A stretch of DNA of 64,000 nt from Antedon mediterranea (GCF_964355755.1 NC_092676.1:28228871-28292870); one strand, 5' to 3'. Shown: positions 41,379-55,041, counted from the stretch's first letter. Numbers and translations are program-made. The notes: generated from the letters alone by a model not told the origin.

Positions 41379-44300
41379 TATTATATGTAAAATTTTATAT
41401 ATAAGATTTTTTTTTAAATAAATAAAGCAAGGAAATCTATTGTGTAATTTAGCCCAAAACGCCCTCCCCTACAGAGACTTCAGAGGTTGTCTGCACCTAT
41501 GTTTTTTTCATCAAATCTACAAAATGTCACTTACTTGCAAAATGCAATAACCTATATATTATTAACAGATAAGGTCTTTTGTATGTTTTGGATAAAAAAA
41601 AAATGAATTTACTACTTAATATTATGTCATATTATTGCTAACAGTTAACAGAGATAAAAATGTTTTGTCTGAATTATTCACAAACACCTATTATAAGCCA
41701 TTTGAATATTTGTCAGCCAAAAACTCTATCGACACATTTTTCAGAGGTTGTCTGCAGCTATGTTTTTTCATCAAATCTACAAAAAAAAACATTTCTTCTT
41801 GCATCCAATCTAAAATGCTTATAGTATCCTGATTGTGGATCCTAGTATGTATGGTAATCAACACACATGACATTTACATGTTGTGGTTAAAAGAAACATA
41901 TTAACCAACTTTCTGTTAATTAATTATTAATTATTGTGGACTTGATCTTGATAATGAATATAGTTAAGTAGCAGAGGTACACATTAGATCCAAAGTGACT
42001 TAGCAGTAATAACTTCATCGTGATCAACTACATTCATTACTGTTAGGCTATAATGTATATTAATTAAACAAAACCATACTGTTGTCTTGCCATTTCAAAA
42101 CGAAATTATGTTTAAAAACAATTTTATTAGAAAAGCTGTTTACAATTGTGTTACTGTATATATACCGACAGAGAGACCCGCTCATTATTACCCGCTCATT
42201 ATTTGATCATCCTTCTTTATATAAAGTATTTGTATGATAACCAAGCATAAATAGAATAAAATTAAGTTATATATAGTTGATAGATATCATAGCAATTTGG
42301 TTGTATATTTCTGGTAAAAGTATCACTTTTAGCAATTGGTTTAACAAATCTTCTAGCTTCAACATGCAAGTAGTATTTCTACTACTGTTAAAAGAAGCTT
42401 ATCATTTTTCTTAATCAAAATGTATACTAGTTTGGATAAAAAGGTGAATACATTGCTTTATTTTATGATGTATTATGTATCTGTTTCTAGACAGCCCATC
42501 TCAAAATTGGTTTTCTGAGATTTTGCCTTTCTTAATTAATTTAATTTTGGTTTCTTATTTATTGACATAGATTATTTTTTTATTATTTTTTTGCAACTGA
42601 GAAAAGAAAAATAAACAAACAATAAAACAGAGAAAAACTGAAATGGAATGGAGTTAATATATACTGTCTTGCTTAACTTGTTCAGTACAGTTATTGCGAT
42701 ATACAATAAACCACTAGAATGATGATATAATCAACTCATTCCAACACAATATAAGATACTGTAGTTATTTAGAAATTAAAAATTATATATTCTGCTTTCA
42801 AACTCTTCGTATCATCATTTTGTTATTGTATTGTATGGTATTATGTTAGATTATGTAAATAAATGTTATGTAACTTTTAACAAAGTTATCATTACTGGAA
42901 TTTGATCCATTATTAATTTGAGTGAGAATACAAACAATTACTAGAAAAGCAAGAAAACTTATTGCGTAGTTATAAGTTTAAATATTTGTCAGCCCAAAAC
43001 GCCATCTAAAGAGACTCACCCATGTTTTACAGAGGTTGTCGGCAGCTATGTTTTTCACTGTCATAAAATCTACAAATAAACGTCTTCATTACTTTTTACA
43101 TCCAATCCAAATTGATCACTGTATCCTGATTGTGGACGCTGGTAAGTAAGGTAATCAACACAGATGACATTTAAACATAAGTTGTGGTTAAAAGAAACAT
43201 ATTAACTAACTTTTACTGTTACTTATTGTGAACTTTATCTTGTTAATAACTAGTTACTATAAGTTAGAGAACAGAGGAGTAAACTTTTAAACCAAATTGA
43301 TGAGTGCATTTCTTACATGAACAGTAACTGTGACGACTAGAAGTACATTATTAATTTATCATGAACAAGCACATTCATTGTTTACACGTTAGGCTATAAT
43401 GCATATTAATTAAATAAAAACATACTGTTGTCTTGCCATTTCCATATGTTTAAACACAATTTTATTAAAATTATTTACAATTATTATTTTATATATGCAG
43501 AACAGAATGTTTAGAGACAGAGAGTCGCTCATTATAATTCAGCGTTGATCACCAGCTAGTAAATATTATTAAGAAAAAACATTTCTAGTAAATTTCAAAA
43601 CAATTTCATTTCGTACGAATAATTCATCCTACAAGTAGTGTTTGTTGTTGCTATTAATTTGTCACATTATTTTTTTATATATTTTACGAATTATTGTTCC
43701 TGTCCATTATCGATTTTTATTTCATTCCATTCCATCGTCAAGATTATATATAATTGTTGTTTTGCCATTTACATGTTAAAACCAATTTTATTAGAGAACT
43801 GTTTACAATTGTATTACTGTATTGTATGCAGAACAGAATAATTGGAGACAGAGAGACTCGCTCATTATTGTAATGTAGCGTGTTTGATCATCATTTTTTA
43901 TATATTTGCATGATAACCAAGAATAAATTATATTGTTTGTATATTTCTGGTAAAAGTATTATTTTTAGCAATGCTTTAAGCAATCTAATAGTTTCAACAT
44001 GTAATAACTATTATTGCTGATAGCATATCATTTTCTTAATCAAAATGCATATATATTAGGTATGTTTTAAAATATTGGTATGTTTGGATAAAAAGGTGAA
44101 TATATTATTTTATATTATGTATCTGTTTGGGATAGCCCATCTCAAAATTGGTTTTCTGAAATTTCGCCTTTCTTAATTTGCTCATATTATTGTTATCTTT
44201 TTATTGACATAGATAGACATATAAACTTTATTCGTCAAAAATTGAATATACTGAGAAAATAAAAATAAACTTGACTTGAATTGAATATTTATCAATAATA

Positions 44301-44966
44301 TCGGTACTGGACCATCTGGTTTGAATTATGTTTTTTACAACTCAAATATTTCGGTAACTCTTACTTTTTAAATGACACTACAGACATTATGTCAAAAAGT
44401 CTAGTTCACCTTATAATGAAAAACTTTTTTTTTTTTTTGCAACTGAGAAAAGAAAAATAAACTTGACTTGAATTGAATAAATTGTAATTGTCAAGAGAGA
44501 AAAACTGAAATGGAATCAGTACTGTCTTGCTTAACTTGTTCAGTACAGTTATTTTAATATACAATAAACCACTCGAATGCTGATATAAATAATGTGAAAA
44601 GATAAAGATAATGCAGGGGATGTTCTAAAACATCAGGAGAAAATTGACACCTATCCATGGGTAACATGTGTTCCTGTTATTGCAGAATAATTGATGTTTC
44701 ATTGTTTTACATAAATTGTTTCAACATCAAAGGTTTAAACGTTTTAAAATTCACAACTCAGATGGTCTGTGTTTTAATCGGTGTTTTAAATGACACGTTG
44801 TATAAAAGTCCCATACATGCTTCATCAGACCTATTACTATGTTATTGATGCATTACCTGTTATCAATCCGTTTTTATCAGGCAATTCACAGAATATAGAA
44901 TGTCACAAAAGCAACCCCATAATGTTGCACCTACAACAACTACCCTATTTCTGATACCACATAGAA

Positions 44967-45718
44967 ATGGCTCCACCACACTATCCAGTTAGTGCTCAGT
45001 TGTCCTTTGGTGACAGGCGTAACTACATTATTACCACTTACAATTCTGGTCGTTGTCAAGACAATGACATTACACATGATTCTAGGAAATCAAAGGAAAC
45101 ACAATGTAAAAAATCAGACATTATATTTTGTCAGGAATTTATTAAAGCTACACTGGACTTTTTTAAGGAACACCACCAATTCTGTGGTCATACGGCAAAT
45201 GGTGGATACACAGCGGTATTGATCAAGAAAGAGCTCTGTCAAAGAAGAAGGCAGTTACCGGAAAGTCTGTTGGATAATCGTTTTCCGCTCAATCAAAAGC
45301 ACATTGGTCGTCATTGTACAATTTTACTGGATCATATCATCGTTATCTCATGGCATGGAAAAAGTAAAACTAAGATAGAAGGCGACGTGGAGTTAGAAAC
45401 TGCTGCAAAAGAAAGAACTCAAAAGCGCAAAAAAAAATATTTTAGAGTTCTTCAGATCAGCAATACGCGTTTGATCTTGTAATGATATACAATTTGCCAG
45501 TTATTATTGGTGGAGATTTTAACTTACCAGCAGATGTTGTCAAACGGGAAATTGGCAAAGCAGAAGCGGAATACAGTCATGTAATTAATAATCCAATTGA
45601 TACTTATGGAAGAAGTAATATTGATTACTTTTATGTTGTGTGGCCCACTATAATGAAAGTATATAGAGCTTTTGCACAACCATCAAAAGAGGATATCGCT
45701 AGTATACCGAGAACGTAA
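44967..45718 (+). pseudogene. EEP (endonuclease/exonuclease/phosphatase, DNase-I-like fold) gene copy 1, frameshifted
   Basis: Motifs TTYN, DIIFCQE, ISWHG in ORF 44967-45482 and VIIGGDFN, IDYFY in ORF 45482-45718. Alignment with copy 2 puts a 5-nt insertion at ~45456-45460 as the frameshift. Confidence 0.8.
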
Positions 45719-47664
45719 TGCTCGCGCTGAAGCAAACGAACCGCATTAAAGAAAAATATACTGAATCACCAATAAAACCAGTATCACAAATTTAAACAAC
45801 ACCTAAATAACCCCAGTAAAACAAGAGACGATAATAAAAAAAGTTTTTTTATGATCACATGTAAGTGTATATACAATGGTTACGAGCTAATTCCGTAATG
45901 AATAGTTTAAGCAGCCAATATGTTTGGAAAAGTAGTGGTTCAAGCCAAAAAAAGAACGTACAAGCAAAAGTCTTTTATCATTCAATCAAGACAAGATGAC
46001 AAGACAAGATGATAACATATAATATTGTAATGAAACAATTCGTCGCCAGAATATGTGTTTTTATTTAATTCTATGACATTCACAATTTAGTGATTATTAA
46101 TATGGTGGGTTTGAATCAATCATGCTTTAGTAGGCATGTTTCAGTTTCGTATGGATAAACCAATAATAACATACGGTGAGAGACATAACAGCATTAAATA
46201 AAACATAATCAACACAGAAACAACATTATAATTCCTGGTAAAAGTGTTATTGTTTGTAATGCTTTAACCATACTGTTCAACTATTGTATGATAGCTTTTT
46301 TTATTAGTCTAATCTGCTTTACAACTAAATAATAATAATCATAATATCCTGGATTTATATAGCGCCTGATGTTGTGAAACCTCTAATCGCTGAACATTAT
46401 TACCCCAGTAATATATTTTCTTAATCAAAATTGATTAAGATATTTTCTATGTTTGGATAAAAAGATGCAGTATTATGTTTCTGTTTCTGGGCAGCCCTTC
46501 TCAAGCTTTTGCTTTCTAGGATTTCGCCCCTCTTAATTTGCTCATTAACAGCGGTGTTATCCGAGAAAACAATAAATAAATGTAACATTGATTTGAATGA
46601 AGTATAAATCAAAACAACTTTAAACCATTAAATGGAATAAAATCTATATTGTACTAGTACTTGTTCTGTCTATTGCTTTGTATTGTTTTCGTATTATAGG
46701 TAGTATGGAGTGTTTATGTCTGAAGTATTACAATACTGTACAATAAATAACTCGAATGCTGAAATATATAAGTGAAAATATAAAGATGAGAACATCTGAT
46801 TAATTACCAATTAGAAAAAAGTAAATGCGAAAGGATGTTCTCCTACCCCGGGGGTAAATTCACACCTTTCCGTATGTTTCTCCTTCTTGTTCACAAACCC
46901 AATGGTACCAATCCAATTGCATTACGGTACGTTACATAGCCCATGGAAATGAATTCATTAATTCATGCATACTCTTTCAAGTCTTTTCTATGAATTGGAA
47001 TTCAATACCAAACACACAATATCTAACTATAGATATACCAGCGCTCCTGTTACTGTATAACATAGTTGATGTTTCAATTGTTTTGCAGAAATTGTTTAAT
47101 ACTTGACCATCTGTGGTTTAAATGTTTTCATTTTCTCATACATGCTTTTTATCAGGCTGTTATGTTATTGGTGCATTGATGTGTGAAATCCTAAAATGCA
47201 ATAACTATCTATTATTATTTAAGGGATACAATATTTTACGGGCTGTCTAGAATATTAGGTATCCCCGTCACAGATTGCATCCCCTATAACAGTAATAACT
47301 ATCTATTATAAGGGATACAATATTTTACAGGAAGGCTGCCTATAATATTAGGTCACAGATTGCACCCGCTATAATATAACAGTATATTTATTGAATATTA
47401 TTCAAAAATAACATGGTAATGATTTATGATGTCTAGGTCCATTTTGATTTATCTGGTATACTACAATACAGGTAGAATGTTTTAAATGTACAATAATATA
47501 AGTACATTGTTTGTAGCCGTTAATCGGCACAACGCTCGTTAATATTGTAACAGAATTATAGTCTGCATATAAAGATACAATATATGTACAATCTGTTACA
47601 TACAAGTTATTGTTTCTTCATCATTGATCCATTATTGAAATATACACTTATTTTTATGTTTCAG

Positions 47665-47770
47665 ATATCATCATAATTGTGGTATGGGTGGTGCTCATAT
47701 TTGCAGGATTAACAACACCACACTTTCTCACACGTATGGACCGACGCGACTTTCCCGAATGATGCCCGGC
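47665..47770 (+). pseudogene. Duplicated 5' part of the TM7SF3 terminal exon
   Basis: Near-identical to 41149-41250, preceded by an intact acceptor (ttatgtttcag); reads DIIIIVVWVVLIFAGLTTPHFLTRMDRRDFPE then TGA at 47760-47762. Confidence 0.85.
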
Positions 47771-50290
47771 AGAAGAAAAAGCAATTCGACCAATAACTAT
47801 TATGTTATATTGTATTTATTATGTACCGGTATCTGTTTCTGGGCAACCCATCTAAAAATGTGTTTTCTGTGATTTCGCCTTTCTTAATTTGCTCATATTA
47901 TTGTTTTCTTGTTTATTGACATATTATATAGATATAGGCCTAGATAAACTTTATTCAACATTTATTTATCTTCGTTTTTTTTGGCAACTGAGAAAATAGA
48001 AATAAACTTGACTTGAATTGAATAAATTTTAATTGTCAAGAGAGAAAAACTGAAATAGAATCAGAGTTATTGTATTACTGTCTTGCTTAACTGGACAAAT
48101 TACAACTCCACTCCCAAAGACTTGTAATAATACAAGTTTGTTTATGTAGAGCATCTTGTGTATATGGTTGTCTTGTGAACAGGATTGCCACCTTTAAGAA
48201 GGATAGTGAATTAATTCGCTTGTGATTATCCTTGGCAATTTGCCTAAAAAAGAATTATAAAAAATATTAAAATATATTGCAATATACAATAAACCAGAAA
48301 AAAAGTATAATGCCGGGGGTATTCTCGTTCACCAGGGACAAATTTTACACCTATAGACAACAAGTGTTCCTGTTATTGTAGAATAATTGATATTTCAATT
48401 GTTTTGCATAACTCAGATATTTCCGTGTTTTAATCGTTGTTTTAAATGACGCTCTGCATAACAGTCTCATAATGCTTCATCAGACCTATAATATGTTATT
48501 GATGTATTTACTTGTTATCAATCCGTTTTCATCAGGCAATTTACAGAATATAGAATGACACTGAACTATAATGTTGCACCTAGAATAATTGATGTTTAGT
48601 TATTATTATTACATTATTTTTCAATAATATCGATATTGGCCATCTGGTTTGAATGATGTTTTTACACAACTTTAACTTTTTCTGTGTGAAACACTCGTTT
48701 ATAAATGACACTATTATAATATGAAAAAGGTTAATTCAGCTTCTAATGACTATTTGAAGTTTACAAGTACACATAATGGTATTACTTGAATTGAATTTAA
48801 AAAGTCTTTAATAATTGAACCAAAAAGATGTACGGTAGTAAGTAACTCAAGTTTTATTAGTAAACATTATGCTTCATCAGATTTATTATTTGTATTAATT
48901 TGATTTGTATTTATACATTTATTGTTATATTATTTATTTACTGTTTACGTCAGTTACACACAATCGACACTAAATCTACCGTGCCCTAATAATTGATGAA
49001 TAATCTGTACGATCTTATTATGTTGTTATTGTTTCTACAGTTTAACCATTTTTTTTTTTCAAATAATATGTAATGATTTATGATATTGCACACTAGGTCT
49101 TTTAAATGTATCGGTTATAACAATACACCCACTATAGCCGTTGGCACAGTATGTTGTTTGCTGCTTCTCATTTGTCAAATGAATCATTGTCATGTAAAGA
49201 TGCAATACCTGAGAGGCTGCGATATTAAAAATTATTGACCAATTACCGGTTTTTATTTTGTAAAAACATGATTACAATGTATAGAGTCCGTGTACAGATG
49301 ACATACACACCCAACATAGCAACAACCAGTATGATTTTGAGAAAATCAGATTGATTGATCTCCTGGTACTGTATTGCACTTTTACAACTAAATAGTTGAT
49401 TAGTTATAGTAAAAATACAATACCGGGAGACTTTCTCATCCTAAACCGATTGATTTGGTAGGCCTATTGTTTTAAATACAGTACAGTAAATATAATATAT
49501 TGGTGGACCCCTGGTTACCGCATGTTTCAGAAATCTGCAAGAATGTTGGTCTGTTAAGGTTAGCCTTTTAACTTTATTTAAACATAAAATGTAGGTAGAT
49601 CTGTCTGCACTGTATGTAAATGCTTTTTCACTTGTCTTGTGTTTGTCTAATCTATTCTGTTATTAATTTCGTTGTTTATCGGATATGCTATAAATTATAT
49701 CGGAATCAGTATTCCGTCATATTTTAGGCTTATACGCAACCCTATATTAATTTGGCCAATGCTAATCGACGGCATTTTTTAGCTATGAAAAGGATCATTA
49801 CGTAAAATCAATCATCCGTACTATCGCTTGTCATTGGTTAAAATTGTGCTCATACCTACGTAATAAATATTATGATTTTAAGCAAAGTATAAATAGTTCA
49901 AACAAATTAATAACGCACGCAGTCTTTATTAAACGTAACGGACACACACTTACAATTGAAGATAACAAAAAGTATCAACAAAAACAAGAAGCAATACTTG
50001 ACAGAACGTAAGAGACGAATTGTATTGAGACAAACTATTCTGTAATCTATAGGAACATTCAAACAGGAATTAGAATGGGACCGCATAATCCTGTTTCTGC
50101 TACTTGTACGTTGGGCAAGAAAGAGTACAAGCTTACAACTTACAATGCTGGTCAAGATAACGACGATTACAGAGAGGAGAAAATAATTGAATGTAAAAAA
50201 TCTGATATTGTTTTCTTTCAAGAAATTAATCAAGATACTATCGACTCTTTCAACGAGTTTAAACCCTTTAAAAATAAACTGGGAAATGCA

Positions 50291-50482
50291 TGTCACAGTA
50301 TTGATCTGCTGCCACCTACAGTTATGACTCAACTAATATATTATTTGCTGCCACCTATTGTGGGTTGACCTTTGAGTGAATAAAGGCACTTCGATATAGT
50401 TAATGCTACATGTGTGTGAGCCTGTTTATTACTGGGTTTGAATCTAAGAAAGCATTCACCATCAAGCACATACATCACGACA
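50291..50482 (+). repeat. 5' LTR
   Basis: TGTCAC...GACA, contains AATAAA, identical by eye to the 3' LTR. Confidence 0.95.
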
Positions 50483-50584
50483 TGGTGTCAGAATAGAGGT
50501 TAAAGAACGCACAGGTGAATTCATTAATTGTGATTTTCGGAAAACAACGGAAAAATATAGACTTATAATAATCTACAACGCAGG

Positions 50585-52460
50585 ATGGCTGAATTAACAG
50601 GCATACCTATTCCATCCATCGACTGGAAGACAACAAATTTGCCCGAAGCTCTACGTAAGTTCAAACGGACGTGCGAATTTATTTTTAATGGACCACTATC
50701 AGAAAAAGATGAGGTAATAAAAGTACAATACCTAATGTTATGGGTCGGCGACACAGGTCGAGACATCCGTGATGGCTGGGGTTTATCAGACGAACACAAG
50801 CAACAGCTTGCCCCACACTGGACTGGATTTGATAATTATGTAAAACCTAAGTCAAACTTCAGAGTAGCTCGTTTCAGATTAAGGGCACTCAAACAAGAAG
50901 AACAAGAAACAGTAGATGCTTTCATTACAAAGGCAAAACTGATTGCTGATGAATGTGAATTTACAGACAAACAGGAACAGTTACTAGACACATTAATTGC
51001 AGGCCTATATAATGATACTATACGGCGCAAATTGATAGCACAAGACAAGGACATGACACTAGACGGTGCATTGAAAATTGTACGTGCATATGAAGGCACA
51101 AAAAGACAAATGGAGGACATTGAAGGTACCAAGGCGATACAAGCTGTGAAATACAAGAGACAACCCAGACAAAAACCCAAATACAACACACACCATTGCT
51201 TGAACTGTGGTGAACAGCATGAAAGAAATGACACATGCCCTGCTGCAAATGAACACTGCTTTTACTGTAAGAAAGCAGGCCACAGAAGCAAGGTTTGCTT
51301 CAAAAAGAAAAAGGACTCTACTTTCAAGAAACAATATAATAAGAAAAGAGTCAATCAACTGGGAGAAACAACACCACATCACGACGAAGATGACACAGGT
51401 AACAGTTTTGTACTTGATTCTCTTGAAAACAATGTGAATGCAGTGAAGACAGACACTCAAGCTTACGCCAATATTCAAATGACTGGCGACACCAATAGAA
51501 CTGTTCGATGTAAACTCGACAGTGGTGCGGAAGTCAATGTTATGCCGATGCGAATATTCAGACAGCTATTTCCATCACAGACAGATGAGATGAACAAGCC
51601 TATGAATTTACATAGATCTAATGCAAAGCTAATTGCATATGGTGACAACAGCATAATAGCATATGGCACAAAGATGATCAAATGTACACACGGTAATACA
51701 ACGAAAAAACTTTACTTTTACATTACGGAGGATGACGGCAAGACAATGCTTAGTCTCAACACGTGCCTCAACTTAAAGCTAATTACACTAAACTGCATAG
51801 ATACATGCATAAAGTGTCACAAGAAAAGTGATATATCTGAAATCACTTCATCCATAAGATTTGGACAAAACGGCGACGCCAAAGAAGACCTACTGTCACA
51901 ATACAAGTCATGTTTCCAGGGAGTTGGTCTTTTCCCAGGTGAATATCACATAGACTTGCGTGAAAATGCAGAACCTGTCATTCACCCTCCACGAAGAGTA
52001 CCTGAAACATTAAAGACAGCCCTAAAAAAGGAATTACAACGAATGATTGATCTTGAAATAATTGAGAAAGTTGAACAGCCAACCGACTGGGTCAACAGCA
52101 TTGTGTATGTTACAAAACCTACAGGTGAATTGCGTATCTGTCTGGATCCAAAAGACTTAAATAAACATGTTAAACGGCCTCATCATTATACACAGACACT
52201 GGATGATGTGCTGCCAAGCCTACAGGGATCCACACTGTTTACAATTCTTGATGCTCGCTCCGGATATTGGAACGTAAAACTTGATAACGCATCTAAACTA
52301 TTAACAACTTTCAATACACCATATGGACGATACTGTTTCAAAAGACTACCTTTTGGACTAGTTTCAGCACAAGATGTATTTCAGAAGAAGGTAGACCAGA
52401 CATTCGAAGGCCTACCAGGTGTAATTGCCATCGCAGACGACATTGTCGTGTTCGGCAAAG
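50585..52460 (+). CDS. Gag-Pol polyprotein, N-terminal part (Gag zinc knuckles, protease, RT up to the DD motif)
   Basis: CLNCGEQH...CFYCKKAGHRSKVC, protease LDSGAEVN, RT LRICLDPKDLN, ILDARSGYW, RLPFGL, IADDIVVFG; truncated by the insertion at 52461. Confidence 0.93.
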
Positions 52461-53069
52461 GGGTCATTCCATCTCAGATCACCCAATGAGTTAAACCCTA
52501 CCTCTTCCAATTTTGATGAAATTTGGTATATGGGTGATTCATAGCAATTAAAGCCAAAATTTCAAATTTTAACTTTATCGGACCAACGGTTTTCGAGATA
52601 TCGCAATTTCAATTTTCGGTTTTTACGCAAAAACGGCGCGTCCGCCACGTTTCAAAGAGCTGTATCTCGGGAACTATAGGTTCGATTTTAAAAACAAAGG
52701 TATTTTTGTAAAGGGGAGACCATAAGGAATCTAAATATACTAATTGTGTGTGTTTTATGTTAATTTTAAGTTGAATAAAACTTTGATATATATTTTGACC
52801 TTGAAATTGACCCCGTGGAACACGGCCGATTTGTTGGTGACCATCACGAAAAATGTAGCCCTACGTGTCAACTACAACATATAAAAAAATTGGAGGGGTT
52901 TTTTTCTTTGTTTCCATGAAATTACAATTTGAAGTTGACATACCTCTTCCTTTTAGTGTATTTTTGGTGTCTGTCCATGCATTACTTCAATGTCAATTTG
53001 ATGTATTCCAAAAATAATTTTATTTACAAACTAAATATCATTATAATGTTACAATTGTCTATGTCTGGC

Positions 53070-54290
53070 CTTTACTCCTTGTCATCTGGCCAATTCAAAC
53101 AGTATTTAGAAATGTTGTGGCGATCATTTTGGGAAATACTGTAATTCCTAGTCGAAGAGGATTTTATAAACGGAGAGGCTATAATACAATGTACATTTGA
53201 TTCAGGAATCCAACAACAGTCTTCTTTGGACGGCTAATAAAAGGTTTTCGCTGGCCCATGAGGATGCAATTTAATTTGATAATCCCCAAACTCTTCTGAG
53301 ACATCCACAACCAAACCAATCCATGAGACATCATCATACTACAGCACACAAAATTCTGAAGTCTAATAATGGTGGGTTGTGTATCAGCAACAATTTAATT
53401 TTCATCACTGAAAGATTCTTGAATCACTACCACATCCGGAGGGTTTATCTGGGTACTAAGTTTGTAGACCTGCATCTGTGCCAGAGAAACAGGAACAAAG
53501 CGATGGTATTGTAATGTACCCTTGATGGTCTGGGCGAGGCTGAATCTCGGCTTTATTTCTTTTTCCACAGTAGATACCTCATCTATTCCCACATGAAAAA
53601 AGTTGATGCCTGGAATGTCCATATGAGCAAGTCATATGGCTGAGCAGTTAAGGCAGGGGTGCAGTTTACCGTACCTAAAGAGCCAAGAACAACATCGGCA
53701 AGGGTTCGAGGCCGACTCGCTCCTAGTTCTGGTGGTGGAACAAGTCTTCTCGGATAAGGACTATAAACCGTAGGTCCAGTGTACACATTTATAACCTGTG
53801 TGTACTTTAAAGAACCCAGTTCATTATTCGAAAAAGAGTAGGGGTTACCCCGGTGAACTGGTTCACACAATAGCCCCTGTATCAGGGGGATTACCACCTA
53901 CAGTATCTGATAGGACAGTGATTAATTCACTATTGGTAATCCTTGGCCACATTGCCTAAAGACATAAAATAAAAATTAAAAATTACACAGTAGTCGAACA
54001 TACTGAGAGATGTGAGAATATGACATTCAGTCAAACGCTGTAAGCTTCTCTTAGTGACAAGCCTCTTAACTGTTCCACCTATGCCATCACATGCACTCTT
54101 GCCATGCGATGTAGCGAAAAAATTCCACTCGGCGTCTAAACCAAAATCTTTCTGGTGGTGGCAAAGGTTAATAAAGTTATATTTGTTTTTGTATTGGCTG
54201 CCACATCCATCTGTGAAATAATGAACTTTTTTCATGGTTGGTAGTTTTGTTTTTAAATAGGGGATGACAACCTTTAAAAAGGCCTATACA
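53070..54290 (-). pseudogene. Sola2-like transposase remnant
   Basis: HYFTDGCGSQYKN...AEWNFFATSHGKSACDGIGGTVKR (53985-54235), RFSLAQTIKGTLQYHRFVP (53395-53622), LHPHGPAKTFY*PSKEDCCW (~53210-53280); stop codon, frameshifts and a SINE insertion. Confidence 0.8.
53625..53984 (+). mobile_element. tRNA-derived SINE with a Deu/Nin-like core
   Basis: A box TGGCTGAGCAG (~53637), B box GGTTCGAGGCC (~53703), core GGATAAGGACTATAAACCGTAGGTCC...AAAGAACCC...GAAAAAGAGTAGGGGTTACCCCGGTG, A-rich tail; near-identical copy at 62350-62667. Confidence 0.75.
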
Positions 54291-55041
54291 GTTAACTGTT
54301 GTATGTTATCTGCAATCACTTATTATGCATATGTAAATGTGCATAATAACATAGTAAGGACACTAAACTATGTGTCAAAATTGATTTGAAAAGTATGTGA
54401 GTTACCCAGTATTTCTCATATCAAAATACATCTACTGTTTAAGTGGGCCTGATGAGAAAGCGTAACAATAAGACACCTTAACAGTTAGTGTTCACACTGT
54501 GTATAAAGTATAACAACACCAAAAATACACTAAAAGGAAGAGGTATGTCAACTTCAAATTGTAATTTTATGGAAACAAACAAAAAAAACCCTCCAATTTT
54601 TTTTTATATGTTGTAGTTGACACGTAGGGCTACATTTTTCGTGATAGTCACCAACAAATCGGGCGTGTTCCACGGGGTCGATTTCAAGGTCAAAATATAT
54701 GTCAAAGTTTTATTCAACTTAAAATTAACATAAAACACACAGAATTAGTATATTTAGGTTCCTTATGGTCTCCCCTTTACAAAAATACCTTTGTTTTTAA
54801 AATCGAACCCATAGTTCCCGAGATACAGCTCTTTGAAACGTGGCGGTCGCGCCCTTTTTTGCGTAAAAACCGAAAATTTAAATTGCGATATCTTGAAAAC
54901 CGTTGGTCCGATAAAGTTAAAATTTGAAATTTTTGCTTTAATTGCTATGAATCACCCATATACCAAATTTCATCAAAATTGGAAGAGGTAGGGTTTAAAA
55001 TTCCATTTTTTTTGGGTGAACTGAGATGGAATGACCCAAAG

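Larger units (their letters stand above)
41440..49200 (+). repeat. Mosaic of local segmental duplications
   Basis: 41720-42730 is mirrored by 42990-44590; 44410-44940 by 47975-48760; the GCCCATCTCAAAATTGGTTTTCTGA block recurs at ~42495, 44135, 46494, 47845. Confidence 0.8.
52461..55037 (-). mobile_element. Sola2-type DNA transposon, internally deleted and decayed
   Basis: Termini GGGTCATTCCATCTCAG / CTGAGATGGAATGACCC, ~510-bp TIRs (52461-~52970, ~54516-55037), 4-bp TSD AAAG (52457-52460, 55038-55041). GRG...CYC termini and a 4-bp TSD are established Sola2 traits. Confidence 0.85.

Noticed and set aside
44967-45718. LINE ORF2 endonuclease
   Set aside because: No reverse transcriptase follows in any copy and each has its own short ORF; TE ancestry is not excluded.
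50836-51681. Several antisense and alternative-frame ORFs in gag-pol
   Set aside because: Shadows of the main ORF.
53625-53725. tRNA gene
   Set aside because: A and B boxes present but no convincing cloverleaf; continues into a SINE core and tail.
53583-53897. 104-aa ORF with a paralogue at 62475-62735
   Set aside because: Antisense reading of the SINE.
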